The notes under the pieces were generated by a model. The model saw only the letters and a program-made list of their open reading frames with translations, had not been told where the DNA came from and did not search any database. A program made the translations under genes and the position numbers. A stretch of 64,000 bases of DNA from Nemertoderma westbladi (taxonomy: Eukaryota; Animalia; Xenacoelomorpha), in assembly GCA_032718475.1 (NCBI GenBank), contig JAUCBJ010004176.1, forward strand, positions 83,349 through 147,348, read 5' to 3'. Shown in pieces: positions 33,201-46,274 of this stretch (position 1 is the first letter of the stretch; each line of letters starts with the position of its first letter).

Positions 33201-34086
33201 AACACTTTGTCTATGGTGTAACGCATTGCCTTTTAAACAAGTTAACACTTTGTCTATGGTGTAACGCATTGCCTTGTACACAAGTTAACACTTTGTCTAT
33301 GGTGTAACGCATTGCCTTGTACACAAGTTAACACTTTGTCTATGGTGTAACGCATTGCCTTGTACACAAGTTAACATTTTGTCTATGGTGTAACGCATTG
33401 CCTTGTACACAAGTTAACACTTTGTCTATGGTGTAACGCATTGCCTTGTACACAAGTTAACATTTTGTCTATGGTGTAACGCATTGCCTTTTAAACAAGT
33501 TAACACTTTGTCTATGGTGTAACGCATTGCCTTGTACACAAGTTAACACTTTGTCTATGGTGTAACGCATTGCCTTGTACACAAGTTAACACTTTGTCTA
33601 TGGTGTAACGCATTGCCTTGTACACAAGTTAACATTTTGTCTATGGTGTAACGCATTGCCTTGTACACAAGTTAACACTTTGTCTATGGTGTAACGCATT
33701 GCCTTGTACACAAGTTAACACTTTGTCTATGGTGTAACGCATTGCCTTGTACACAAGTTAACACTTTGTCTATGGTGTAACGCATTGCCTTGTACACAAG
33801 TTAACACTTTGTCTATGGTGTAACGCATTGCCTTGTACACAAGTTAACACTTTGTCTATGGTGTAACGCATTGCCTTGTACACAAGTTAACACTTTGTCT
33901 ATGGTGTAACGCATTGCCTTGTACACAAGTTAACATTTTGTCTATGGTGTAACGCATTGCCTTGTACACAAGTTAACACTTTGTCTATGGTGTAACGCAT
34001 TGCCTTGTACACAAGTTAACACTTTGTCTATGGTGTAACGCATTGCCTTGTACACAAGTTAACACTTTGTCTATGGTGTAACGCAA
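30209..34086. repeat. 43-bp satellite array (~90 copies)
   Basis: Unit cgcattgccttgtacacaagttaacactttgtctatggtgtaa, with no spacers. Confidence 0.98.
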
Positions 34087-35050
34087 TCTTTGAGTCAATC
34101 AAGAATCTGTTTTTCAAATATTACGCGTCCAATTTCCGCAAATTACATAGTGTTACGTAGAAGTGTGGTACACCATATTGATGTTGCACTGCCAATAATA
34201 TATTTAAATTCACAACTCTTAATCTAAAGTTAATTATAGCTTAGTTATTGTATTATATAAATGACAAGAGAAGCTCCTTGAAATGAGCTTTGCGAAAATG
34301 TAACAGTTATTATTTATCATTCAACAATAAGTTGTACTTTGCGTTCCACTTCAGACATCTCGCTCCACGAGGGTCCTATGTGCATTCGATGATGGCCCAT
34401 GACTTCGTTTGTTTCATTCGAAAACGCCAAATGTGCGCTTTCTGGAACAAGAAATGGCACAAATGTTTTCACAGTTAGCCATTGTTACACTACACTTGGA
34501 CAAGAAAGGGTAAAAAACTTTTTTTTTTCAGGGATATATTCTTCAATACATTAATTCGATGCAGAATTTATGCAGCTTTCAGATAATCTATAAACCGTTA
34601 TGACATCTTTATTATTAGTTTAGATATAGAGCGAAAACCAACTCCAACTAATGCACTGAACATCGCAAAAATAACGATTTTGTTAAAACTGCTGTAAAAA
34701 TTTAAGTTAATATTTTCAAAATTTAAGCAAATATCCAAATTTTGTACCAAAATATGGACTGAAAAATTATGGGAAGCAAATACATGCATCATTCGAATGC
34801 CCAAAACTCAGCGATTCATTATCGAAATTCAGATTGTGTTACATATTTGGAATCCTTGCACGACCAGCTTTCTAACAGTAGCAACAAATCAAGGTTGAAG
34901 AATAAATGCGGTGTAACTGGTGCAATGTGACGTAGGCGGAGATACCTTTTTCATACACTTGTAGCTAAAGCTAAAAAAATAAAATAATGATAAAATTTAA
35001 TAAATCATTGCAGAAAAAAGTAAACAATTAGTAAATAAATTAATTAATAA

Positions 35051-35738
35051 GGCATTACTATAGTATGTGTACCCATAACCGAGTTTTGCTACTATAGCTA
35101 GTTTTTATTTTATAAATAATCTTTGACATGTTAGCTATTGTTATAAAAAAAAATTGTCAAAAAAAATGTCTAATTTTATTAGAAATTGTTTGTCATGTGT
35201 ATTGTGTAATACTTATAAATATTAATCGTTTTTGCAAGTTAGCTATTATTTTTTGAAAAAGTAATTTCTGTCAAATATATACTTTCCCTTTCTATACAAC
35301 CATAATTTTATTTTATTCCAGAAATTATGTAATTGTTGCTATGGTTACAGTTCAAATAAATATCATTGTGATTATAATCTAACTGTAATATGATTTTATT
35401 AGTTTAATCAAGTCCATGAAGGGTGGGTTCAACTTAACTCGGCTAGGTGCTTCTGAATAAGTTTCCCGTTGTCACTTTCTTGTCTTTGCATGATTGATTG
35501 TTTTTCATTAGACCAGATTTTAGATAATTAAATAATATATATAATATAATAAATAAGTTGTTATAAAATTTGTTAAATATTATTTAAGTGTTCTAGAACA
35601 GTAAATATTTATTTTAGAATAAAAATTTTTTACCGAACAATAGTTCCTATGACAAAGATCATTTCTAAAAAAAAGAAGAGAAAAAACTAGCTACTACAAA
35701 AAATATCGTTTATGGGTACACATACCGGTAGTAGTGCC
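35051..35738. mobile_element. Mutator-like MITE, 9-bp TSD
   Basis: TIR ggcattacta..gtatgtgtacccataa / ttatgggtacacatac..tagtagtgcc; aattaataa at 35042-35050 and 35739-35747. Confidence 0.75.
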
Positions 35739-36239
35739 AATTAATAAACTAAACTGTGCGTTTTTGTCACGTTTTGCAGCGGTAGAGCAACAATTAATTT
35801 TAAAATTTCATTGTAGCTAATATGTTACTAATAGCTACTGTACCTCTTTGTTTCCCTAGCAACAAAACAAATTATTTTACTATTCCCATATTATTACTCA
35901 TCCCGTTATTAACTTACCGGTTAATCATAAAATAAATAGTAAAAATTCCAAGGGGAATTGAATGAAATTGTTATATTCCGATGAGAATGTATCCCAAACA
36001 ACTCATAGCTGACAATAAACTGCTGCCTTATTAAAAAAAATAGACTTTAGAATAAATTGTTCACCTTGAACTAATAAATGTTTAAACTCTAGAAAATATT
36101 TTATAATTTTAAATAAAAATATATTTGTTCTAGACCATTGTTTTGTTTAATGTGTTTTCATGGCAACCTATATAAGAACCTTAAGACCCGACTGCCGACT
36201 CACATCTTATGGGGCAACATATTTTTGAAACTTGTTGCA

Positions 36240-39200
36240 GGACTCCTCATACAAATAAACTTTTGTTGCGCAATGTTTCTGAGTGCCTGCAGTAACTTAT
36301 TGCTGACTCCCCCACACACATCAACTTTTGTTTTGCAATGTTTCTGAGTGTGTCCAGCAACTTATTGCTGACTCCCCCACACACATAAACTTTTGTTTCG
36401 CAATGTTTCTGAGTGCCTGCAGTAACTTATTGCTGACTCCCCCACACACATACACTTTTGTTTCGCAATGTTTCTGAGTGCCTGCAGTAACTTATTGCTG
36501 ACTCCCCCACACACATAAACTTTTGTTTCGCAATGTTTCTGAGTGTGTCCAGCAACTTATTGCTGACTCCCCCACACACATAAACTTTTGTTTCGCAATG
36601 TTTCTGAGTGTGTCCAGCAACTTATTGCTGACTCCCCCACACACATAAACTTTTGTTTCGCAATGTTTCTGAGTGCCTGCAGTAACTTATTGCTGACTCC
36701 CCCACAAACAAAAACTTTTGTTTCGCAATGTTTCTGAGTGCCTGCAGTAACTTATTGCTGACTCCCCCACACACATACACTTTTGTTTCGCAATGTTTCT
36801 GAGTGCCTGCAGTAACTTATTGCTGACTCCCCCACACACATAAACTTTTGTTTCGCAATGTTTCTGAGTGTGTCCAGCAACTTATTGCTGACTCCCCCAC
36901 ACACATAAACTTTTGTTTCGCAATGTTTCTGAGTGCCTGCAGTAACTTATTGCTGACTCCCCCACACACATACACTTTTGTTTCGCAATGTTTCTGAGTG
37001 CCTGCAGTAACTTATTGCTGACTCCCCCACACACATAAATTTTTGTTTCGCAATGTTTCTGAGTGTGTCCAGCAACTTATTGCTGACTCCCCCACACACA
37101 TAAACTTTTGTTTCGCAATGTTTCTGAGTGTGTCCAGCAACTTATTGCTGACTCCCCCACACACATAAACTTTTTTTTCGCAATGTTTCTGAGTGCCTGC
37201 AGTAACTTATTGCTGACTCCCCCACAAACAAAAACTTTTGTTTCGCAATGTTTCTGAGTGCCTGCAGTAACTTATTGCTGACTCCCCCACACACATAAAC
37301 TTTTGTTTCGCAATGTTTCTGAGTGTGTCCAGCAACTTATTGCTGACTCCCCCACACACATAAACTTTTGTTTCGCAATGTTTCTGAGTGTGTCCAGCAA
37401 CTTATTGCTGACTCCCCCACACACATAAACTTTTGTTTCGCAATGTTTCTGAGTGCCTGCAGTAACTTTTGCTGACTCCCCCACACACATAAACTTTTGT
37501 TTCGCAGTGTTTCTGAGTGTGTCCAGTTACTTATTGCTGACTCCCCCACACACATAAACTTTTGTTTCGCAATGTTTCTGAGTGCCTGCAGTAACTTATT
37601 GCTGACTCCCCCACACACATAAACTTTTGTTTCGCAGTGTTTCTGAGTGTGTCCAGTAACTTATTGCTGACTCCCCCACACACATAAACTTTTGTTTCGC
37701 AATGTTTCTGAGTGTGTCCAGTAACTTATTGCTGACTCCCCCACACACATAAACTTTTGTTGCGCAATGTTTCTGAGTGCCTGCAGTAACTTATTGCTGA
37801 CTCCCCCACACACATACACTTTTGTTTCGCAATGTTTCTGAGTGCCTGCAGTAACTTATTGCTGACTCCCCCACACACATAAACTTTTGTTTCGCAATGT
37901 TTCTGAGTGTGTCCAGCAACTTATTGCTGGCTCCCCCACACACATAAACTTTTGTTTCGCAATGTTTCTGAGTGTGTCCAGCAACTTATTGCTGACTCCC
38001 CCACACACATAAACTTTTGTTTCGCAATGTTTCTGAGTGCCTGCAGTAACTTATTGCTGACTCCCCCACAAACAAAAACTTTTGTTTCGCAATGTTTCTG
38101 AGTGCCTGCAGTAACTTATTGCTGACTCCCCCACACACATACACTTTTGTTTCGCAATGTTTCTGAGTGCCTGCAGTAACTTATTGCTGACTCCCCCACA
38201 CACATAAACTTTTGTTTCGCAATGTTTCTGAGTGTGTCCAGCAACTTATTGCTGACTCCCCCACACACATAAACTTTTGTTTCGCAATGTTTCTGAGTGT
38301 GTCCAGCAACTTATTGCTGACTCCCCCACACACATAAACTTTTGTTTCGCAATGTTTCTGAGTGCCTGCAGTAACTTATTGCTGACTCCCCCACACACAT
38401 ACACTTTTGTTTCGCAATGTTTCTGAGTGCCTGCAGTAACTTATTGCTGACTCCCCCACACACATAAATTTTTGTTTCGCAATGTTTCTGAGTGTGTCCA
38501 GCAACTTATTGCTGACTCCCCCACACACATAAACTTTTGTTTCGCAATGTTTCTGAGTGTGTCCAGCAACTTATTGCTGACTCCCCCACACACATAAACT
38601 TTTTTTTCGCAATGTTTCTGAGTGCCTGCAGTAACTTATTGCTGACTCCCCCACAAACAAAAACTTTTGTTTCGCAATGTTTCTGAGTGCCTGCAGTAAC
38701 TTATTGCTGACTCCCCCACACACATAAACTTTTGTTTCGCAATGTTTCTGAGTGTGTCCAGCAACTTATTGCTGACTCCCCCACACACATAAACTTTTGT
38801 TTCGCAATGTTTCTGAGTGTGTCCAGCAACTTATTGCTGACTCCCCCACACACATAAACTTTTGTTTCGCAATGTTTCTGAGTGCCTGCAGTAACTTTTG
38901 CTGACTCCCCCACACACATAAACTTTTGTTTCGCAGTGTTTCTGAGTGTGTCCAGTTACTTATTGCTGACTCCCCCACACACATAAACTTTTGTTTCGCA
39001 ATGTTTCTGAGTGCCTGCAGTAATTTATTGCTGACTCCCCCACACACATAAACTTTTGTTTCGCAGTGTTTCTGAGTGTGTCCAGTAACTTATTGCTGAC
39101 TCCCCCACACACATAAACTTTTGTTTCGCAATGTTTCTGAGTGTGTCCAGTAACTTATTGCTGACTCCCCCACACACATAAACTTTTGTTGCGCAATGTT

Positions 39201-41257
39201 TCTGAGTGCCTGCAGTAACTTATTGCTGACTCCCCCACACACATAAACTTTTGTTTCGCAATGTTTCTGAGTGTGTCCAGCAACTTATTGCTGACTCCCC
39301 CACACACATAAACTTTTGTTTCGCAATGTTTCTGAGTGTGTCCATCAACTTATTGCTGACTCCCCCACACACATAAACTTTTGTTTCGCAATGTTTCTGA
39401 GTGCCTGCAGTAACTTATTGCTGACTCCCCCACACACATACACTTTTGTTTCGCAATGTTTCTGAGTGCCTGCAGTAACTTATTGCTGACTCCCCCACAC
39501 ACATAAATTTTTGTTTCGCAATGTTTCTGAGTGTGTCCAGCAACTTATTGCTGACTCCCCCACACACATAAACTTTTGTTTCGCAATGTTTCTGAGTGTG
39601 TCCAGCAACTTATTGCTGACTCCCCCACACACATAAACTTTTGTTTCGCAATGTTTCTGAGTGCCTGCAGTAACTTATTGCTGACTCCCCCACAAACAAA
39701 AACTTTTGTTTCGCAATGTTTCTGAGTGCCTGCAGTAACTTATTGCTGACTCCCCCACACACATAAACTTTTGTTTCGCAATGTTTCTGAGTGTGTCCAG
39801 CAACTTATTGCTGACTCCCCCACACACATAAACTTTTGTTTCGCAATGTTTCTGAGTGTGTCCAGCAACTTATTGCTGACTCCCCCACACACATAAACTT
39901 TTGTTTCGCAATGTTTCTGAGTGCCTGCAGTAACTTTTGCTGACTCTTCCACACACATAAACTTTTGTTTCGCAGTGTTTCTGAGTGTGTCCAGTTACTT
40001 ATTGCTGACTCCCCCACACACATAAACTTTTGTTTCGCAATGTTTCTGAGTGCCTGCAGTAACTTATTGCTGACTCCCCCACACACATAAACTTTTGTTT
40101 CGCAGTGTTTCTGAGTGTGTCCAGTAACTTATTGCTGACTCCCCCACACACATAAACTTTTGTTTCGCAATGTTTCTGAGTGTGTCCAGTAACTTATTGC
40201 TGACTCCCCCACACACATAAACTTTTGTTGCGCAATGTTTCTGAGTGCCTGCAGTAACTTATTGCTGACTCCCCCACACACATAAACTTTTGTTTCGCAA
40301 TGTTTCTGAGTGTGTCCAGCAACTTATTGCTGACTCCCCCACACACATAAACTTTTGTTTCGCAATGTTTCTGAGTGCCTACAGTAACTTATTGCTGACT
40401 CCCCCACACACATAAACTTTTGTTGCGCAATGTTTCTGAGTGCCTGCAGTAACTTATTGCTGACTCCCCCACACACATACACTTTTGTTTCGCAATGTTT
40501 CTGAGTGCCTACAGTAACTTATTGCTGACTCCCCCACACACATAAACTTTTGTTTCGCAATGTTTCTGAGTGCCTACAGTAACTTATTGCTGACTCCCCC
40601 ACACACATAAACTTTTGTTTCGCAATGTTTCTGAGTGCCTACAGTAACTTATTGCTGACTCCCCCACACACATAAACTTTTGTTTCGCAATGTTTCTGAG
40701 TGCCTACAGTAACTTATTGCTGACTCCCCCACACACATAAACTTTTGTTTCGCAATGTTTCTGAGTGCCTACAGTAACTTATTGCTGACTCCCCCACACA
40801 CATAAACTTTTGTTTCGCAATGTTTCTGAGTGCCTGCAGTAACTTATTTCTGACTCCCGAACACACATAAACTTTTGTTTCGTAATGTTTCTGACTGCCT
40901 GCAGTAACTTATTGCTGACTCCCCCACACACATAAACTTTTGTTTCGCAATGTTTCTGAGTGCCTGCAGTAACTTATTGCTGACTCCCCCACACACATAA
41001 ACTTTTGTTTCGCAATGTTTCTGAGTGCCTGCAGTAACTTATTGCTGACTCCCCCACACACATAAACTTTTGTTTCGCAATGTTTCTGAGTGCCTACAGT
41101 AACTTATTGCTGACTCCCCCACACACATAAACTTTTGTTGCGCAATGTTTCTGAGTGCCTGCAGTAACTTATTTCTGACTCCCGAACACACATAAACTTT
41201 TGTTTCGTAATGTTTCTGACTGCCTGCAGTAACTTATTGCTTACTCCCTCACACACA
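36240..41257. repeat. 65-bp satellite array (~77 copies)
   Basis: Unit aacttattgctgactcccccacacacataaacttttgtttcgcaatgtttctgagtgcctgcagt, with two main variants (gcctgcagt and gtgtccagc). Confidence 0.98.
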
Positions 41258-41434
41258 GGGGCCTTACACCCTATAAGGTTCTTATAGGTCGACGTGAGTG
41301 ATATAGAACATTTGAAAAAAGTGGCATCATTTTTTTAACTGGGTAATATATATGTCCGATGCTGATATTGACTTGTTCGCTAAATACGTTATTTGCTTTA
41401 ATATTGATTATTAACTTTTAACAATGTTTCGCAG

Positions 41435-41879
41435 ATTGGGTCGCTTCGGTGCCAAGGATATAAAGTCCCATCCGTTCTTCGCTCCGTTTGACTTCCGGTC
41501 CGGTATCCGACGTCTCCGAGCGCCTCTCATTCCGACAATCCGACACGAAACCGACACGTCCAACTTTGACTCCCTTCCGGACTCCCCGGACGTCTCCTCG
41601 GACGGAGAGCGTCCGGTTGGCATGGCGACGGAGGAAGAGGAGGCCGAACGCTTCCGTGGCAACGACGACGGCGACCATAGCAACGCCGGTCAGGAAGCCG
41701 CCTTCTACGAGTTTACTTTCCGTCGTTTTTTCGACGGTGGACTTCCGTCGCCCAAACTCGAGGGTCGTTACGGTGACGTCATACCGACCTCCCCTCGCGA
41801 CGGATCGTTTTCGGAGCAACGGCGGAACGTAACGGATATGATGGGAGACGACGGAGACGCAATGCCGGTGTATGTGTGA
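41435..41879 (+). CDS. LATS: LATS last exon (AGC C-terminal tail, hydrophobic motif)
   Basis: ttcgcag|RLGRFGAKDIKSHPFF...DTSNFD...AFYEFTFRRFFD...PVYV*; phase 2 matches 23205. Confidence 0.96.
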
Positions 41880-42607
41880 CGTCTCCACGTGTATTACGTC
41901 ACTGGTCGTGTATCCAGCTGCTGCAGTATGTCAGTAAACGTATCGTGCTTATTACATACAGTTAATTATTATTAGTTATAAATCAATAACTTTACTTAAT
42001 CATTAATTAATTAGTCATTAATTGAATTGTTGTTGAGTGATTCTCTAGTGTTAAGGAAGTTTATATTATAAACTCAGTCATCTTCTTATCTCAGACGTTT
42101 TGTTCAGGATCGGGGCTATTCCAATTCCTTTATGTTTTTAATTTTTTTCTCGTCTTCATTACATTTTTTTATAAGTTCATCAGGAAGGTACTAATTTTTT
42201 ACTCTTTTCGTTTATCTATAAATAATTATAATGGCTACGCCTATTAATTGTAAATGTTATAAATTAAATTATTTACTAAGTGCGGTATTCATTAGGTAGT
42301 ATTATAGTATTACAGTATGGTCCTTCACGATGTTTCTGTTTGCAGTTCCAACGTGCAAATTAGAATTATTTATTATAACACATGCAAAATATATTCACAT
42401 ATCATTTCTAGCAAATAAACTTGATTAAATCTTGTGCATTGGAGAGCTTCGTAAATCCTAAGTGGGTGGTTAACTTTATGTCAGCTACATTGTAAGTAGA
42501 ACATCTGTAATAATAATAATATGCGATAAATATTATTTGCCCAGCCTAGAAATTCAAAATGGATTGCACATGCACACCAGGGTTACAGCCAGCGGTCACA
42601 AAAGTAA

Positions 42608-43820
42608 CGACAAAGGTGTTAAACATAGTGACAAAGGTGTTAAATGTAATACTGGGTCAAGAGTTACATAGTGACAAAGGTGTTAAATGTAATACTGGGT
42701 CAAGGGTTACATAGTGACAAAGGTGTTAAATGTAATACTGGGTCAAGGGTTACATAGTGACAAAGGTATTAAATGTAATACTGGGTCAAGGGTTACATAG
42801 TGACAAAGGTGTTAAATGTAATACTGGGTCAAGGGTTACATAGTGACAAAGGTGTTAAATGTAATACTGGGTCAAGGGTTACATAGTGACAAAGGTGTTA
42901 AATGTAATACTGGGTCAAGGGTTACATAGTGACAAAGGTGTTAAATGTAATACTGGGTCAAGAGTTACATAGTGACAAAGGTGTTAAATGTAATACTGGG
43001 TCAAGGGTTACATAGTGACAAAGGTATTAAATGTAATACTGGGTCAAGGGTTACATAGTGACAAAGGTGTTAAATGTAATACTGGGTCAAGGGTTACAGT
43101 GACAAAGGTATTAAATGTAATACTGGGTCAAGGGTTACATAGTGACAAAGGTGTTAAATGTAATACTGGGTCAAGGGTTACATAGTGACAAAGGTGTTAA
43201 ATGTAATACTGGGTCAAGAGTTACATAGTGACAAAGGTGTTAAATGTAATACTGGGTCAAGGGTTACATAGTGACAAAGGTATTAAATGTAATACTGGGT
43301 CAAGGGTTACATAGTGACAAAGGTGTTAAATGTAATACTGGGTCAAGGGTTACAGTGACAAAGGTATTAAATGTAATACTGGGTCAAGGGTTACATAGTG
43401 ACAAAGGTGTTGTTAAATGTAATACTGGGTCAAGGGTTACATAGTGACAAAGGTGTTAAATGTAATACTGGGTCAAGGGTTACATAGTGACAAAGGTGTT
43501 AAATGTAATACTGGGTCAAGGGTTACATAGTGACAAAGGTATTAAATGTAATACTGGGTCAAGGGTTACATAGTGACAAAGGTGTTAAATGTAATACTGG
43601 GTCAAGGGTTACAGTGACAAAGGTATTAAATGTAATACTGGGTCAAGGGTTACATAGTGACAAAGGTGTTAAATGTAATACTGGGTCAAGGGTTACAGTG
43701 ACAAAGGTGTTAAATGTAATACTGGGTCAAGAGTTACATAGTGACAAAGGTGTTAAATGTAATACTGGGTCAAGGGTTACATAGTGACAAAGGTGTTAAA
43801 TGTAATACTGGGTCAAGGTT
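42608..43820. repeat. Second 43-bp satellite array (~28 copies)
   Basis: Unit agtgacaaaggtgttaaatgtaatactgggtcaagggttacat, with occasional 41-bp variants. Confidence 0.97.
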
Positions 43821-44300
43821 ATTTCTGCAGTTGCACCTCTGTAAATTACATGGAATTTTCGATGAACAGCTACACCGAATTAGTTTCAAAATTTATTCCG
43901 GAGCTGGTGGTATGCCCTCAGGAATTATTGATATATTCTACTTGTTGATATCTACACTTGGGGGTCTAGTTTTCATTGTGTCTTCCCACACTATTACTTG
44001 CAGATGGGTTCTTTTCATGTTCTCTGTGACGAATTCAGTTGTTGTTGGCATTGTTTGAGGCCTTGCACAGTTGGTGATTACTGTGTTTTTTGTATCCACA
44101 CCTTTTGTCCTGATTGGGTCATGTTGCATATCCATTGCAGTCACGCTAGTCAGTTATAAAGTTAGTACTGTACATTCCATTAAGACTGTAGATTGCGGTG
44201 CTTCCATATCTCCCAAACAAGTAAGAGTGAGTCCTTTATCCAAAGCCTTGATGACTTTCCTTGGCCATTCCCAAACATAGTGAATGGCATATCAATTGTT
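43818..44300 (-). mobile_element. Decayed DNA-transposon protein C-terminus (nuclease plus Cys-rich tail; AcademX-like)
   Basis: Broken minus-strand frames read GKVIKAL...PTTTEFVTENMKRTHLQVIVW...PPAPE*ILKLIRCSCSSKIPCNLQRCNC, with stops. The family call is from memory of this motif set. Confidence 0.5.
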
Positions 44301-45520
44301 ATTTTTGAGATTTTACTAGCGATTTTTTTTTAACCAGAAATCAGTTACTGTTTTTTTTAGGTGGCACCATGGAATGCTACATAGAGACGGAACCACATAA
44401 GCAAAAAATGAATGTTCGCAATAGTCATTAACTACATTCACTTTTACAAGATTTTAATCCATTATGACATGCTATTTAGCAGTTGCTATGCCTTAACTTA
44501 TAATTATGTGGTCCTTAGCAACTGGGTTGTTAATACAAAATGCCCAAAGTCAAAAATGTTATGATCGTCATTTCCTCGTTAAGTGGGACCTATAACATCA
44601 AAAAATTAAATCCGTCTAAAAAATTTCGGTGTATCTTTGTGGCTGTCGGACTAATAGTGTCTGACTAATAATAAATAATCAACATTTCACCATCACCCGT
44701 AATGGTTACAACATTTATAACAAGTGTCACCCCATTTCCTATTTTTTTTATATTGCTATCAAATGCTACAAAATGTTTTATAACGATTGTTCGACAGACT
44801 TCTTAACCTGGCTAGATTTTAAGATTTATTATGTAATTAACTAATTATGCTACAGAATATTTTTCAGCTAAAAAACATGCAATTTCATATCTCAACGTAA
44901 CTTTCGTAAGTATTTTCGTCACTCTGTATTCGTATATAATAATATTCGTCCGTCGATATTATTTCCCTCTAAGAACGCCGTTTCTACGCGTCCGTTTCGT
45001 TCGTCAAGAAAACTCAGTTTAAGTCCTAGTTAATTTAATGTTCATTATGTATAAACGGCACCAGTGCACAATCACATGATGACGCTTCCTTCCTTCAAAC
45101 AAATGACGTGTAACACCTACAGTACAAATGCACTGTACGTTCAGTTCAATTAGAACAATAATAGTTAAGTTCAGTGACCAATAGGTCAAATAACAGAGTC
45201 CAAAAAGTTCAGTTCGTGAAACAAGTCGAATCAAACAACAAACGAACGGGATATGAAATTACGTTGAAACGAAGCGATTTTCGAGTAAGCGAAATATATA
45301 TTATCTTGCAAATTTGGACTCCTTTTAGGTGGTTGTTTAAACACCAATAATTACAGAAAATAAGGAATAATGAAAATAAGGACGTTGAGACGTAGGACTA
45401 GACTACGGTAATTAAAAAAAAAAATTGAAAAATAAATGTGCGACACTATTTCGGAGTGCGACACTACAAGGGCACCAAATAATTATTAACGATACGATAT
45501 TAACGATATGATCTGCAAAT

Positions 45521-46182
45521 TTACTCGTCTCTCTTAGTTTCATGCGTTCCAGAACCTTTTTGAATATTGTAGCTTCTGTTCCGTCGACATTTGGACAAAC
45601 TGACAACACCCAATAGAACGTAATTGGCCAACAGTTCGAATATCTCTGCAAAACTCATAATACTCGCCCCGAGGAACAGCCCAATAATACCCCCGAGGGC
45701 CGGAAGAAAGTCGCCGATGCTGCTGTATTTCAGACGTTCCTCCACCAAATCGTAAGATTTGCCTTCAAAGAAGACATTAACGTTGACTATACTCTTCCTG
45801 TGGACAGCTAGAGAGCACATTACCGAATTACTTTCATTCTCGCAGTCAAAGTTGGAGAAATCTGACGCTGCAAGCGGCAAGTTGTTTACGTTCTGTAGGT
45901 AAACAAATTCGTCGCATGGCAACATGCATTGTTGCTCGCAACGATTGGTCGCCTCTCTCGAATTAGGTAGAATGCAGTTGTGTATATCGGTGGCGGTGCA
46001 GTTAGGAACTGTGGCGTTTAACCTGGCCCCCTGGTGGTAGGATTGGCAGTGACAATGTCCCTTTATGTAGAGTTGGAGACACTCGTTTATACAGGAGGCC
46101 ACCGTGTAGTGCGGATGTAGTGTGAGGCTGTTTGTATTTAGGCAACTCTGCGACTTGCTATTTTCTCTAAGATGATGCTGCA
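45521..46182 (-). CDS. DEG/ENaC (ASIC-like) channel, last exon
   Basis: attgcag| Cys-rich thumb domain, VNVFFE, TM2 GDFLPALGGIIGLFLGASIMSFAEIFE with the GAS selectivity filter. Confidence 0.93.
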
Positions 46183-46274
46183 CTGCAATACAGAATAATT
46201 GTATTTATTGTTAAATTTTGGATAACAATTTACCGCTTACCTACAATAAATAGTTAAAATTACCAACAACCGTA

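Noticed and set aside
30209-34086. CRISPR-like regular repeats (also 36240-41257, 42608-43820, 50622-52130)
   Set aside because: Head-to-tail monomers with no unique spacers, no cas genes, and a eukaryotic context; these are satellites.
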